The notes under the pieces were generated by a model. That model saw only the letters and a program-made list of their open reading frames with translations, did no database searches and was not told the origin of the DNA. Below, in pieces: positions 39,301-52,200 of a DNA stretch of 64,000 bases. The stretch is from assembly GCF_963921235.1 (NCBI RefSeq), contig NC_086097.1, positions 160,830,001-160,894,000 of the forward strand, given 5' to 3'. Numbering within the stretch: the stretch's first letter is position 1; each line of letters begins with the position of its first letter. This DNA comes from Mobula hypostoma. Lineage: Eukaryota. The translations under genes and the position numbers were made by a program.

Positions 39301-39899
39301 CTTTAGCACTATTATCTACATTTCCTACGATAATTCTTGCACTGAAATATGTGCAGCTCAGGACATTAGTCCACACTCAACCTTTTGATTCGTAACTTTG
39401 TCTGAGGTCTTACCAACATCTGCCCCCACAACCTGTCCACTAACTGTTCTGGCGCTCTGGTTCCCATCCTCCTGCTCTGGTGGGAGTGACTGTACTTGCT
39501 GTGGGGGATTGTGCTTTTTGTGAGGGGGGCTGTGGACAACTGTACTCTTTGAGCTGTCTGTGGTCTCTGATGGTTCAGTGGCTGTACTGTGGCCATATGG
39601 GATAATCTTGAATATCCTTTTCACCAACTATAACACAAACATATTTTGTAAGCTATTGTCTCAACCTACAGCCTTCTCTATCACAAAAGTAAGCCAATCT
39701 TAAGAATCAATCCAGCTTCTTTCCAGGAAGTACTCTCACCTTATGACAGATCCACGAATCTCCTGGATGTGACAGTAGACTTATTACACCCTAGGGTATT
39801 GAGATTCTGGGATGTAAATGTTGTTCAGGAGTGAAGTGTTGATGGGGGAAGAGAGTTGGAGTACAGTAAATAGTATAACAATGCAACAAAATCATACTA

Positions 39900-40440
39900 C
39901 CACGACAAAACCATAATCAGGTTGGAGGAATAACCCCTCATTCCATCTGGGTAGCCTCCAACCTGATGCCATTAAAATCGATTTCTCTAACCTGATAAAT
40001 TCTCCTCCTTATGTTCTTCTCCCTTTTTCCAGTCCTCATTCTGGTACTGCTCATCTCCTCACCTGCCCATCAACTCCCCCTGGTGCACGCCCTTTCCTTT
40101 TTTCCAAGGTCCACTGTCCTCTCCTATCACATTCCTTCTTCAGACCTTTACCTCTTCCACCTATCATCTCCCAGCTTCAGATTTCAACCCACTCTTCCAT
40201 CCACCCACCTTCCCTCCTCACCTATCACCTGCCAGATTGCATTTCTGCTGCTCCTCCTACCCCCATCCTGTTCTTTAGGCTTCTGTCCTCTTCCTTTCCA
40301 AGGCTGCTTTTCTGAGGGTCTCAACCTTAAAGTCAACTGTTGATTCCCCTCAATAGACGCTGCCTGGCGTGTTGAATTCCTCCAGCATTTTGTGTGTGTT
40401 GTTCTTGATTGCCAGCACCAGTAGAAACTTTTGTGCTTCC
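39900..40440 (+). mobile_element. Old Penelope 3' end
   Basis: 'caggttggaggaa...ctgggtagcctccaacctgatg' plus pLTR-like tail, homologous to 62780-63250. Confidence 0.75.
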
Positions 40441-42180
40441 AATAATGTCCCCGTGTTTTGTGTAGTTCACCTATTTGTTCAATACCTTAGCCTTTGGTAT
40501 GAAAGAGCAGCGTTGTTCCAACATAAACTGTAATATAGTTGTGTTTAAGATAGTGAGAACTGCATGTACCTTTTCAACACTATTGCACAAAATGCCTCAG
40601 CCCACTCCACTGGACACACATGCAGCTGGTCTTTGGCGAGGCATCATTCATTGAGGAACCATGAGAAACATGTCATATCACATCAGCATTTATTTTGTGT
40701 GCCTGTTTATATATTAGATTTATTTGTTTACTAACTTGGATTATCTGTGCTCATTGGCAGGGTTATGCTAAAATAAACCCCCTTGCTCGTGTTCTAAGCA
40801 TTTGTTCTGGAAGGGATTGAGAACAGAACATAGAAGATTACCGTACAATACAGGCCCTTCAGCTCACGATGTTATCCCCACCTTTTAACCTACTCTAAGA
40901 TCAATCTAATGCTTCCTTCCTACATACCCCTCCACCTTTATTTCCTCCCTATACCTGTCTGTCTCTTAAAATCACCCTAATGTATCTGCCTCTACCATGA
41001 TCTTTCACAACACATTCCATGCATCCACCACTCGCAGTGTCAAAAAAAACTCTCTCTGACATCCCCACTCACACGTTCCTCCAATCACTTTAAAATTATT
41101 TCCTCTCGTATTTATGCACTGCGAAAAAGTCTCTGGCTAGCCACTTGTATGCCTCTGTCAAGTTACCTTTCATCCTCTTTTGCCCACAAAGAGGAAAGCC
41201 CTACCTCACTCATCCCATCCTCATAAGACATGGTAATCCAGGTAGCGACCTGGTAAACCTCCTCTGCAGCTTCCACATCCTTCCTATAATGAGGCAGCAA
41301 GAGCTGAACACTGCCAGGCAAATGCAGCGTATGTCATCCCGTTCTTGATTCAGTTATTGTTGCTGGAAATGCTTTGGATGTCAGAAGCTGAGTCACTCAC
41401 CACAAGACACAGCCTGGAGTTCACAGCCTCTGCTTTGCTCTTGTATTTATGTAATCACTCAATGACCATAAACAATGCTATGGCGTGCGGTGTTTTGTGG
41501 TGGTGATCTCAGGTCAAGGGTCAGTAGTTAGGTTCTCTCTTGTTGAACCAGCTCATTGACAAACATTTTTGTGAAGTGAATATTACAGAAGACTAGGCCT
41601 AAATGGTGTCTAGATTTTGCAGCACACCTGAGTGCACTGCCTCATTTGTTGAGCAGTTGCAAACAGATCTGGACAATGTGCAATCATTAAAAAAACAACC
41701 TAATTGTCCACGTATGATTGCACAATTTTCAATCCAATTTGCAAAGCTGGCCTTACAATCGAAGGAAAGTCATTGATGAAGTAGTTGAGATATCTGGTCC
41801 TAGAACAGTACCAGGAGAAACTCCTGAAGTGATATCCTGGATCTAGGATGATTTAGATTAGATTAGATTAGATTAGATTATGAGGTCACGCAGTCCTCTT
41901 TTATTGTCATTTAGTAATGCATGCATTAAGAAATGATACAATGTTCCTCCAGAATGATATCACAGAAACACAAGACAAATCAAGACTGAAAATCTGACAA
42001 AAAACACATAATTATAACATATAGTTACAACGGTGCAAAGCATTACCATAATTTAATAAAGAATAGACCATGGGCATGGTATTTACCATCAACAATCACA
42101 GCCACCTTCCTTTGTACAACCATTGAAACATTTTCCCCTTAATACTAATCAATTTAAGTTTATCAAAGTTCTTTGAGGCT

Positions 42181-42577
42181 GTGTACATACATCTATTGAT
42201 GTTTCTGGACACATCTTCAGTGATGTTCCTGGAATCATCGGGTGTTTCGGGTCTTTCAACATCATACAACCTCCTCCAGGTGACCCCGCCGGGGCTGATC
42301 AGACCCCAGCTTGTGTCCAGATGGCTAGCTACTTATGACTCCATGACTCCATGGCTCCCCTCTTTTGAGCCACAGCCATCTTGAGTCCCTCTCTGCCGCA
42401 TCGGTGGTACTGCGGATGGCTCTCCTCTTCCTCTCTCCCTCAATACCCAAAATGCTGAAGGCTCTAACTAAAGAATGGGCTACGAATCCCCTACAACCAA
42501 CCTCCACTGGGAGACACCTCGCTCTCCATCCAGCCCGCTGACAGATGCTGACCAGTCCTGCGTACTTGGAGAGCTTT
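42181..42577 (-). mobile_element. 3' fragment of an RLE-type (HERO/R2-Hero-like) non-LTR retrotransposon
   Basis: Minus strand encodes 'KLSKYAGLVSICQRAGWRARCLPVEVGCRGFVAHSL...AERDSRWLWLKR', the restriction-like-endonuclease C-terminus I associate with HERO elements, followed by a structured 3' UTR. Confidence 0.75.
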
Positions 42578-45173
42578 AAACTCGGTGAAATGCTGCCTTG
42601 ACATGAAGGACAGCCACTGGCAATTCTGTGATGATGTCTGGAGACAAGTGGTTCCAGTGAAAGCCAAAATAGGCAATGCTGAGCAGGTGTTTGATGAACA
42701 TGTGGTCAACGACACCCTCCATTACTGTGCTGATGATTGGCTGGGAGGTAATGCACTGAATTGGTAATTAATTGGCTTGGATTTATTCCACTTTTTATAA
42801 ACAGGATATAACTAGATAATTTTTGAATTATCAATTAGATACCTGTATTGTAATTGTACTAGTAAAGCTTGGCCAGACTTTAAAGGTTCAAAAGTTCACT
42901 TATTATCAAAGTATGTATGCAGTATGCAACTCTGAAAATCATCTTCTCCAGATAGCCATGAAACAAAGAAAATAATGGAAGTCAGTTCAAAGAGAAACAA
43001 CAAACCCACCCACATGCCAGCACAAAAAAAAGAATGGCAACATGATCATCAACCACCCCTCCAAACCCTCCCTCCCCTGCACAAAACACAACAAGAACAT
43101 CCAGCCCCAAATCCCCTTCCACCCTCCAGAGCTTAGCTAGCTCTGAAGTGCAGGTCTTCTGCTAGAATATTGTCTGCTTCCATAGCCTTTTCTGTAGACA
43201 GTGTTCTGAGTAATGTCCTGAAATCACAAATTACATGTTGTTTTGCTTGACTTCACATGTAGAATCTGATTTATAACTTCCCACAATCTCCAATAGCGCT
43301 AGTCTTCTTTTCTATGTCTTAATTACGTTTGTAAATAAGAGGCAAATCATAGGTCTTCTCAACATTGACAGAAGTACTTGGCTCTATATATTTACATTCC
43401 CATATGGTGTCATTCTGAGTATTTTCACACTCTCCCTCAATTTTAATGATTGTATTCACCCTAAAAGACATCGCTGTCTATTTGATGTAAAAATTGAGGG
43501 GTTTTGGCACTTTGTTGTAAATACTACAATTTCCACTTTGGTACTGGCCTTTCATTTGCTATTGCTTCCCACATTAATCATTATTTGGCCTGCCCTTTTA
43601 GACACAAGAAGATGCTGCTTTTGTCTTACGCGCAAGTCTGCACAAGTCTGAACTGATTAATTGTGAGCTTCACAGTCTAACAGTTTCTTGCTATGTGCAA
43701 TAACGTTGTAACTGTTTCCTACCCATACCACCAGTGTGAGGTATGTGTTTACCATAGATTCTTCACTTTTAATCAAGATCACTGCTGAGTGTAGAAACTG
43801 ATATGTGTAAGACACAAAGAATTCAAAGATGTGTATGGCTTATTCGAGGCTTCTATACTGATCATCTCCAGAAATTATTCAGAGCCTACTAAGGTATTTC
43901 TCAGCAAAGTATAGGCCTCCACTGATAAAACCACCATGCGATGCATCAGTGGGATAATAGCTTCGTGGGTGTGAAATATTTTTTAACGGTTTGTAGCTTC
44001 CCTGGTCATAGACTCATAGACATAGAGCCATACAGCACTATCTGACCCATGCCAATCAAGTTGCCTAAGTAACATGGTCCCATTTACCTGCATTAGCACA
44101 TAACTCTTTAAATAATTCAATGTACCTGTCCAAATTTCTTAATTGTACCTGCCTCTCCCATTTCCTCTGGCAGCTTGTTCCAAATACTCACCATTCTCTG
44201 TTTGGAAAACATCGCCCATCAGCTCCATTTTAAGTCTTTGCCCTCTCACTTTGAATGTGTGCCCTATGGCTTTGGACTCCCCTACCCTCAGGAAACATTG
44301 GCCTTTCATCTTATCTATTGCTCTCGCGATTTTGTAAACCTCTATAAGGATATCATCGTCAAACGTATTTAAAACTGTTCTTCGAGATATAAGTGGTTGC
44401 AAACATAATAATGTTTACATTTAAATTTCCAAGAATGTAATATTATTTTCTTACTTTTAATGTCATAACCTGGGCAGTACCTCCCTTAATTGTACAATTG
44501 CATATGTTAGGTTAGTTTTGAGATTATTAGATCTGGGAGTACATTTCATTCAGTGCACCATTAGTTTGCAGGTGTCATGAGTTTTCTTCAGGAGCATGGT
44601 AGACTAACTCTCAGACCTGTTGAACTCAAGACAGGAAGAGTCTCTATCTCTGACCACTTTATTTGTTGCTGCTGGCATAAAAGCCAAGGGATTCGCTAAC
44701 ATTACCAGTCATATCAATTTGCAATGATAGCTGCAATTTTTTTTAACCTTCATAGCCTTGTTACAAGCAGGCATCTGCAACTATAAGAGTTACCTTTTCA
44801 TCTCCTATTCAACATTTTTTCCAAAGTGATTTCTGGAACTAATCCAAATGATATAACTATTTTCTCCATCAACTTAATTGGGTAAATGCCGAAAATAGAT
44901 TTTTTTAAAAAATCATATGAAAATTTATCCAAAATGTTACCAAGTTATCCAATCACAAGCAAGAGAAAATCCAAGCACCACACACAAAATGCTGGAGGAA
45001 CTCAGCAGGCCAGGCAGCATCTATGGAAAAAAGTAGTCAATATTTTGAGCCGAGACCCTTCATCAGAACTGGAGAAAAAAGATGAGAATTCAGAGTAAGA
45101 AGGTCGGGGGGAGGGAAGGAAAATACAAGGTATAGATGATGGGTGAAACTGGAAGCACAGGAGGGTTGATGTA

Positions 45174-48100
45174 CGGGGCCGGTTTTAGTGGGGCCGGGGC
45201 CCCTGGGCTGGAGGCCCTGATGGGCCCCTGCTGACACCATAAAATGCTGCTGTACCAAGCAAACAAAGGCATGAACAAGACAAAGGTCATACTGGTCTAA
45301 CTATCAAAGCTGTGGACCAAGACACTGGTTTAGTACAATATGTAGGCTATAAGCTTACAGGCCTTAAGAGGGAGGACAGAAAGTAATGAAGATTCTTAGT
45401 TTGAAGGACAGCATCTAAAGCACTCAAAAATTGACCTAGGCTTAGTTGGCTTAGTAAAGTTATGAGGGAGATGAAGTATGATGTACCCAATCTTAAATCT
45501 TTATTTAGCTATTGCTGCACATACCATAGGTCTTGTTTCTCAAACAATGCCAAAGCATTTTTATCTGGTATTTTTCTCAACCATGCGTTCTGAGAAAGTG
45601 AAATGGAAATGAGAGACAAAAAGGCCAAGAGAGATGGCACTATGGCAAACTAGGAAATTTAACAATACTCCAACAATCTTTTTGAAAAATGAGATCTAGC
45701 ACGTACTATCCCATTGCTGTGCTGTGTGGCTTGCAGAGTAAAGACCACTTATCGCTTACTAGATTTGTAAACAGTTAACTATTAGCCTATTGCCACAAAA
45801 ACAGGAACAGCACTGACACACAAGCCTAGATATTTACAAAGTCAGATGCTTGCTTTTCAAAATTAAAGCCCAGTTCTTCTGGATTTCTTCGCAGCAAAGT
45901 CCTTGATCAGATGACTAAAATCCAGTTTCTGAACAAGATCATTTTCAAGTGACATCGGAGTAAGATGATTCAGCCTGTCCTGTCCCATCGTGGATCTGAG
46001 CCTATTCTTCACTAGCTTGAGCTTGGAGAAAGATCGCTCACCACTTGCATTTGTGACAGGGAGAGTCAGGTAAAGCCTCAAAGCAATGCTTACATTTGGG
46101 AAGATGACCTGCAAGTTTTTTTCTCTGAGGAAGCATAAAAGCTCTGTTGCGGATGAAATATCTTTGCCACTTACAAATTCCCTGCAATGGACAATCTCCT
46201 CCAGGTCAGCTGAATATCTGCTTTGGAGATCAGATGCTCTCTTGCGCAGATCTTGTACAGAGAAAGAAGGGATATTGTTTAGGATGCCAAATGTATTGTT
46301 AAGTTCATTATATGATGCAAATCTACAATCAATTTCTGCAAATAATTTATCCATCACGACCAAATAAACAGTAGCTGAGAATTTTTCTCTGGCTGACAAG
46401 CCAACATCAGATGTTGTGGATTCACCCAGAAAGGCTTTACATTTTCTTTGTCATTGGGTGTCTTCTTTGTACACTTGTGAGACTGATGGAGACATAGTTT
46501 TAGCTTGGGTCTCAAAAGTATCAAATTGATCACGCAAGCTTGCTATGTATCCCCGTAGTGATCTCACCAAATCCACAGCATTACACAGGTCTAGATTTAC
46601 AGCTTGCAATGCAACGCTTGAACTTTCGAAGCACTGAAGAATGCAATGCCATAATTTGCTCAGAGGTCAGTACTGTTTTCCTGTGGTGTTCACTATTTTC
46701 ATGCTCTCCTACACCTTCAGCGGCATGTTTCCAGTTGCTAAAGCCAGTTTCGAAGATGAACTGACGGTTACCATCACTGAAGATGCGGCATGAAATAAAA
46801 TCACACAGCCGGTGGAAGGGGAATATAAGAGCCACTGCCTTGATATGTTCTTACAATTTATGAGCTTGCGCTTGAAGTGAAATTGGGAGAAAAAACGTCT
46901 TTGCTGTTTGTATACTCGTTCCGAAGCTTTGATATCCACATCCTTATTCTGGCAGGACTCCGGCCCTTTCTTAGCCCAGTATGCTCGGACTGAATCATCT
47001 AACGTTTCCTTTCCCCAGCGAGCAGGATCAGTGCTGTAAGGATCCTCAGTAGTGGTAACGTTAACATTAATGGTGGCCTGACTTGGTTGTTCGGAGGCCC
47101 CTGTGGTCGGGAATCCCAAAGTCATGCTCTCTGCCTCTTCAACGTTAGCTGCTGACTGTGGCAAGGATGGTGGTCCTGTGCTAATGCTAGTGCTAGCGCT
47201 AGCTGTTGAACAAGTCTCCATTTGTCCACCGGTCTCAGACTGTGACAAGAGCGATGGTACTGCTGCATCATCAAGAACAGGTTTAAAAAATTCTCTCAAT
47301 TTCAATGTCTTTTTTAATGCTTCTTTCTCACAGTCCTCTTTTTCTTCAAAGTTGCTGGTGAATACAGCAGGTCAGGCAACATCTCTAGGAAGAGGTGCAG
47401 TCGACGTTTCAGGCCTAGACCGTTCGTCAGGACTAACTGAAGGAAGAGCTAGTAAGAGATTTGAAAGTGGGTGGGGGAGGGGGAGATCCAAAATGAAAGG
47501 AGAAGACAGGAGAGGGAGGGATGGAGCCAAGAGCTGGACAGGTGATTGGCAAAAGGGATATGAGAGGATCATGGGACTGGAGGCCCAGGGAGATGGAAAG
47601 GGGGGGGAACCAGAGGATGGGTATAGTCAGAGGGATAGAGGGACAGAGGGAGAAAAAGGAGAGAGAGAGAGAAAGAATGTGTGTATATAAATAAATAACG
47701 GATGGGGTACGAGGGGGAGGTGGGGCATTAGCAGAAGTTAGAGAAGTCAATGTTCATGCCATCAGGTTGGAGGCTACCCAAACGGAATATAAGGTGTTGT
47801 TCCTCCAACCTGAGTGTGGCTTCATCTTGACAATAGAGGAAGCCGTGGATAGACATGTCAGAATGGGAATGGCATATGGAATTAAAATGTGTGGCCACTG
47901 GGAGATTCTGCTTTCTCTGGCGCACAGAGCGTAGGTGTTCAGCAAAATGATGTCCCAGTCTGCGTCGGGTTTCGCCAATATATAGAAGGCCACATCGGGA
48001 GCACCGGACGCAGTATGTCACACCACCGACTCACAGGTGAAGTGTCGCCTCACCTGGAAGGACTGTCTGGGGCCCTGAATGGTGGTAAGGGAGGAAGTGT

Positions 48101-49270
48101 AAGGGCATGTGTAGCCCTTGTTCCGCTTACAAAGATAAGTGCCAGGAGGAAGATCAGTGGGGAGGGATGGCGGGGGACGAATGGACAAGGGAGTCGCGTA
48201 GGGAGCGATCCTTGCGGAAAGCGGGGGGGGGAGGGAAAGATCTGCTTAGTGGTGGGATCTCGTTAGAGATGGCAGAAGTTACGGAGAATAATATGTTGGA
48301 TCTGGAGGCTGGTGGGGTGGTAGGTGAGGACCAGGGGAACCCTATTCCTAGTGGGGTGGCGGGAGGATGGAGTGAGAGCAGATATGCGTGAAATGGGGGA
48401 GATGCGTTTGAGAGCAGAGTTGATAGTGGAGGAAGAGAAGCCCCTTTCTTTAAAAAAGGAGGAAATCTCCCTCGTCCTGGAATGAAAAGCCTCATGCTGA
48501 GAGCAGATGTGGCAGAGACGGAGGAATTGCGAGAAGGGGATGGTATTTTTGCAAGAGACAGGGTGAGAAGAGGAATAGTCCAGATAGCTGTGAGAGTCAG
48601 TAGGCTTATAGTAGACATCAGTAGATAAGCTGTCTCCAGAGATAGAGACAGAAAGATCTAGAAAGGGGAGGGAGGTGCTAATGCCCCACCTCCCCCTCGT
48701 ACCCCATCCGTTATTTATTTATATACACGCATTCTTTCTCTCTCTCTCTCCTTTTTCTCCCTCTGTCCCTCTGACTATACCCCTTGGCCAGCCTCTGGGT
48801 TTTTTTCCCCCCTCCCCCCTTTCCTTCTCCCTGGGCCTCCTGTCCCATGATCCTCTCATATCCCTTTTGCCAATCACCTGTCCAGCTCTTGGCTCCATCC
48901 CTCCCCCTCCTGTCTTCTCCTGTCATTTTGGATCTCCCCCTCCCCCTCCCACTTTCAAATCTCTTACTAGCTCTTCCTTCAGTTAGTCCTGATGAAGGGT
49001 CTCGGCCCGAAACATCGAATGTACCTCTTCCTAGAGATGCCGCCTGACCTGCTGCGTTCACCAGCAACTTTGATGTGTGTTGCTTGAATATCCAGCATCT
49101 GCAGAATTCCTCGTGTTTACCTCTTTTTCTTGTTTCTTTTTTTCTTTTCTGTGCTCCACTCTCATATTTTTCTTTTGTCCGCCAGGATGATAGCTACCTA
49201 TTTTAGGCTCCTCTGTAGCTCTGGCCCCTGGGCTGCAGCCCAGCCTAGCCTTGCCTAAAGTCCAGCCCTG
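45174..49270 (-). mobile_element. hAT DNA transposon (ZMYM1/TTF-finger, Tip100-like transposase), internally deleted
   Basis: TIRs CGGGGCCGGTTTTAG / CTAAAGTCCAGCCCTG, 8-bp TSD TTGATGTA/GTGATGTA (45166-73, 49271-78). hATC dimerisation motif 'FPNVSIALRLYLTLPVTNASGERSFSKLKLVKNRLRSTMGQDRLNHL', TTF-like 'RQWLLYS...GFSNWKHA...HENSEHH', and N-terminal 'KRKYESGAQKRK' at ~49140-49180. Confidence 0.92.
47347..49119 (-). mobile_element. Young Penelope-like element with inverted pLTRs, inside the hAT transposase
   Basis: 12-bp TSD CCTCTTTTTCTT (47335-46, 49120-31). Minus-strand GIY-YIG 'YCVRCSRCGLLYIGETRRRLG.HFAEH...LQPDGMNIDFSNF'. About 390-bp inverted arms 47347-47730 / 48677-49071. Confidence 0.93.
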
Positions 49271-52200
49271 GTGATGTAAAGAGCTGGAAAATTGATTGTT
49301 GAAAGAGATACAGGGCTGGAGGATGGGGAATCTGATAGGAGAGCATGGAAGGCTACGGAAGAAGGAAAAGGGGAAGGAGGACCAGAAGGAGGTGAGGGGC
49401 AGGTAAGGAGAGAGGGAAAGGGGGATGGGAAATGGTGAGAGGGGGCATCCATTACCAGAAGTTTGAGAAATTGATGTTCCTACCATCAGGTTGGAGGCTA
49501 CCTAGACGGAATAAAAGGTGTTGTTCCTCCAACCTGAGTGTGGCTTCATCATGACAGTAGAGGAGGCCATGGACTGACATGTCAGAATGTGACTGGGAAG
49601 TGGAATTAAAATAGCTGGCCACTGGGACATCCTGCTTTTTCTGGCGAATGGAGCATAAGTGCTCTGTGAAGTGGTCTGCCAATCTACATTGGGTCTTCCC
49701 GATATACAAGAGGCCACACTGGGAGCACTGGATACAGTAGATGACTGCAGCAGACTCACAGATGAAGTATCACCTCATTTGGAAGGACTGACTGGGGCCC
49801 TGAATGGTAGTGAGGGAGGATGTGTAGGGGCAGCTGTAGCACTTGTGCCACTTGCAAGTGTCAGAAGGGAGATCAGTGAGGAGAGACGAATGGACAAGGG
49901 AGTCGCATAGGGACCAATCCCTGTGGAAAGCAGAAAGTAGGGGGAGAGCAAAAGATGTGCTTAGTGGAGGGATCCTGTTGGAGTTAGCGGAAGTTCTGGA
50001 GAATTATGTGCTGGATGCAGAATGCTGGTGGGGTGGTAGGTGAGAACAAGAAGAACCCTATCCCTGGTGGGGTGGCGGGAGGATGGCGTGAGGCAGACGT
50101 GTACGAAATGGAAAAGGTGCGGTTGAGAACGGTGTTGATGGTGGAGGAAGGGAAGCCCCTTTCTTTGAAGAAGGAGGACATCTTCTTTGTTCTGGAATGA
50201 AAAGCCTCATCCTGAGAGCAGATGCGGCTCAGGTGGAGGAATTGAGAGAAGGGGATGGGTTTTTTACAAGTAACAGGGTGGGAAGAGGTATAGTCCAGGT
50301 AGTTGTGAAAGTCGGTGTGTTTTATAATAGACATCAGTGGATAAGCTGCCTCCAGAGACAGAGACAGAGAGATTGAAAAGGGGAGGGAGGTGTCGGATTT
50401 GGACCAGGTAAGTCTGAGGGCAGCGTGGAAGTTGGAGGCAAAGTTGATGAAGTTGACGAGCTTCGCATTGGTGCAGGAAGCAGCACTAATGCAGTCATCG
50501 ATGTAGGGAAAATTTGGGAGTGACACCAGTGTAGGCTTGGAATATAGACTGTTCCACGTAGCCAGCAAAAAGGCAGGCATAGCTGGGACCCATGCAAGTG
50601 CCCATGGCTACCTCTTTTGTTTGAAGGAAGTGGGAGGAGCCAAAGGAGAAATTATTAAGAGTGAGGATGTTCCACTAGGTGGAGGAGAGTGATGGTGGAG
50701 GGGAACTGGTTGGGTCTGGTGTCCAGAAAGAAACGGAGAGCTTTGAGGCCTTCCTGGTAGGGGATGGAGGTATATAAGGATTGGACATCCATAGTAAAAA
50801 CAAGATGCTCAGGGCCAGGGAACTTGAAATCATTGAAAAGATCAAGAGTGTGTGAAGCATGATGGATGTAGGTAGGAAGGGACTGAACCCAGACGGGATA
50901 AAACTGAGTCGATATGTACAGATGGAAGTTCAGTGGGGCAGGAATGAGCAGAAGCAATGGGTCTAGCTGGACGGGCAGGTTTGTGGATCTTGAGTAAGAG
51001 GTAGAAGTGGAAGGTGATTGGTGCGGGATCTATGAAGTAGGTGCCGGTGGATGGGAGATCCCCAGTTAGGTTGATGGCAGAGGACGGGAGATAAGGTCAG
51101 TGATGGCATGGGAGACAATGGCCTGGTATTACTTAGTGGAATCCTGTTCGAGGGGGAAGTAAGAGGAGGTGTCTGACAGTTGTCGCCAGACCTCAGCAAG
51201 GTAGCGGTCAGTCGCCAGACTACTACAGCACCTCCCTTATCTACGGGTTTGATAGTGAGTTTAGGATTTTAGTGCAGAGGGAGTGGAGAGCAGCACGTTC
51301 GGAAGGGGTGAGGTTAGTATTGGAGAGAGGAGTGGTAAAATCAAGATGGTTGATGTCTCATAGGCAGTTAACAATGAAAAGATCCAGAGCAGGCAGAAGA
51401 CGAAAGTGGGATGTCCAGAGGGTTGAAGACCGGAGAGAGGGACATCAGTCCGGGCTGGAGAGTCCTTGTCAAAGAAATAGGCCTGAAGACGGAGGCAGCG
51501 GAAGAAGACTTCAGAGTCATGGTGGGCGAAGAACATACTGAGGTGTGGGCACAGGGAGACAAAGGTGAGCCCCCCCCCCTTTCTTCCATGGCCTTCTGTC
51601 CTCTCCTTTCAGATTCCACCTTCTCCAGCCCTGTGTCTCTTTCACCAATCAATTTCTCAGCTCTTTACTTCACCCTCCCCCTCACAGTTTTACCAATCAT
51701 CTACCACCCTGTATTTCTTGCTATCTCCCCCCACCTTGTTACTCAGATTTCTTATCTTTTTTCTCAGTTCTGATGAAGGGCCTCAGCCTGAAACATCCAC
51801 TGTTTACTCTGAGTTCTGTGATGGTTGATTCTGTATGTTACCTTTCCCAGCTAAGTAAATGGTTAAATGGTTAAGCAATAAGTAAGCATGTAATTTTATC
51901 TTACAAGAGAGTTTCAGGAACTCAGCTTTTCCACTTCCAACATTTTTGAGCTTTTGGAGAGTTGACCTTGGCTTTCATTTTTCATGATTTATCTTCTTCA
52001 CTTTGCAGTCTTCCAGTTACCGTGAACCTTGCTTATTCCCCTTGGTTCCTCTATTTCTGTCCATTCCATGAAAGTATTTAGGACATTTCCCTTGGGAAAT
52101 AACCAGGAATCTCTTGAGAACACTTCCGCCCCCCCCGCCCCCAGCAAGCCACAGCTTTGGCAGAAATACAAAAGTGAAAAGCGTGGGGTTTCCACCATCC

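Larger units (their letters stand above)
44975..51810 (-). mobile_element. Older Penelope-like element (RT + GIY-YIG) with inverted pLTR, split by a hAT insertion
   Basis: pLTR 44975-45173 resumes at 49271. Minus-strand RT motifs 'TMDVQSLYTSIP' (~50780), 'GVAMGT.MGP', 'YIDD' (~50500) and endonuclease 'YIGKTQCRL.DHF.EH...LQPDGRNINFSNF'. Plus-strand pLTR copy at ~51565-51810. Confidence 0.85.

Noticed and set aside
41850..41882. (TTAGA)n as telomere-like repeat
   Set aside because: It is the retroposon tail shared with 14846 and 9352, not TTAGGG.
45863..47305. Domesticated ZMYM/ZBED-like host gene
   Set aside because: Frameshifted, internally deleted, interrupted by a Penelope, and still bounded by TIRs and a TSD.
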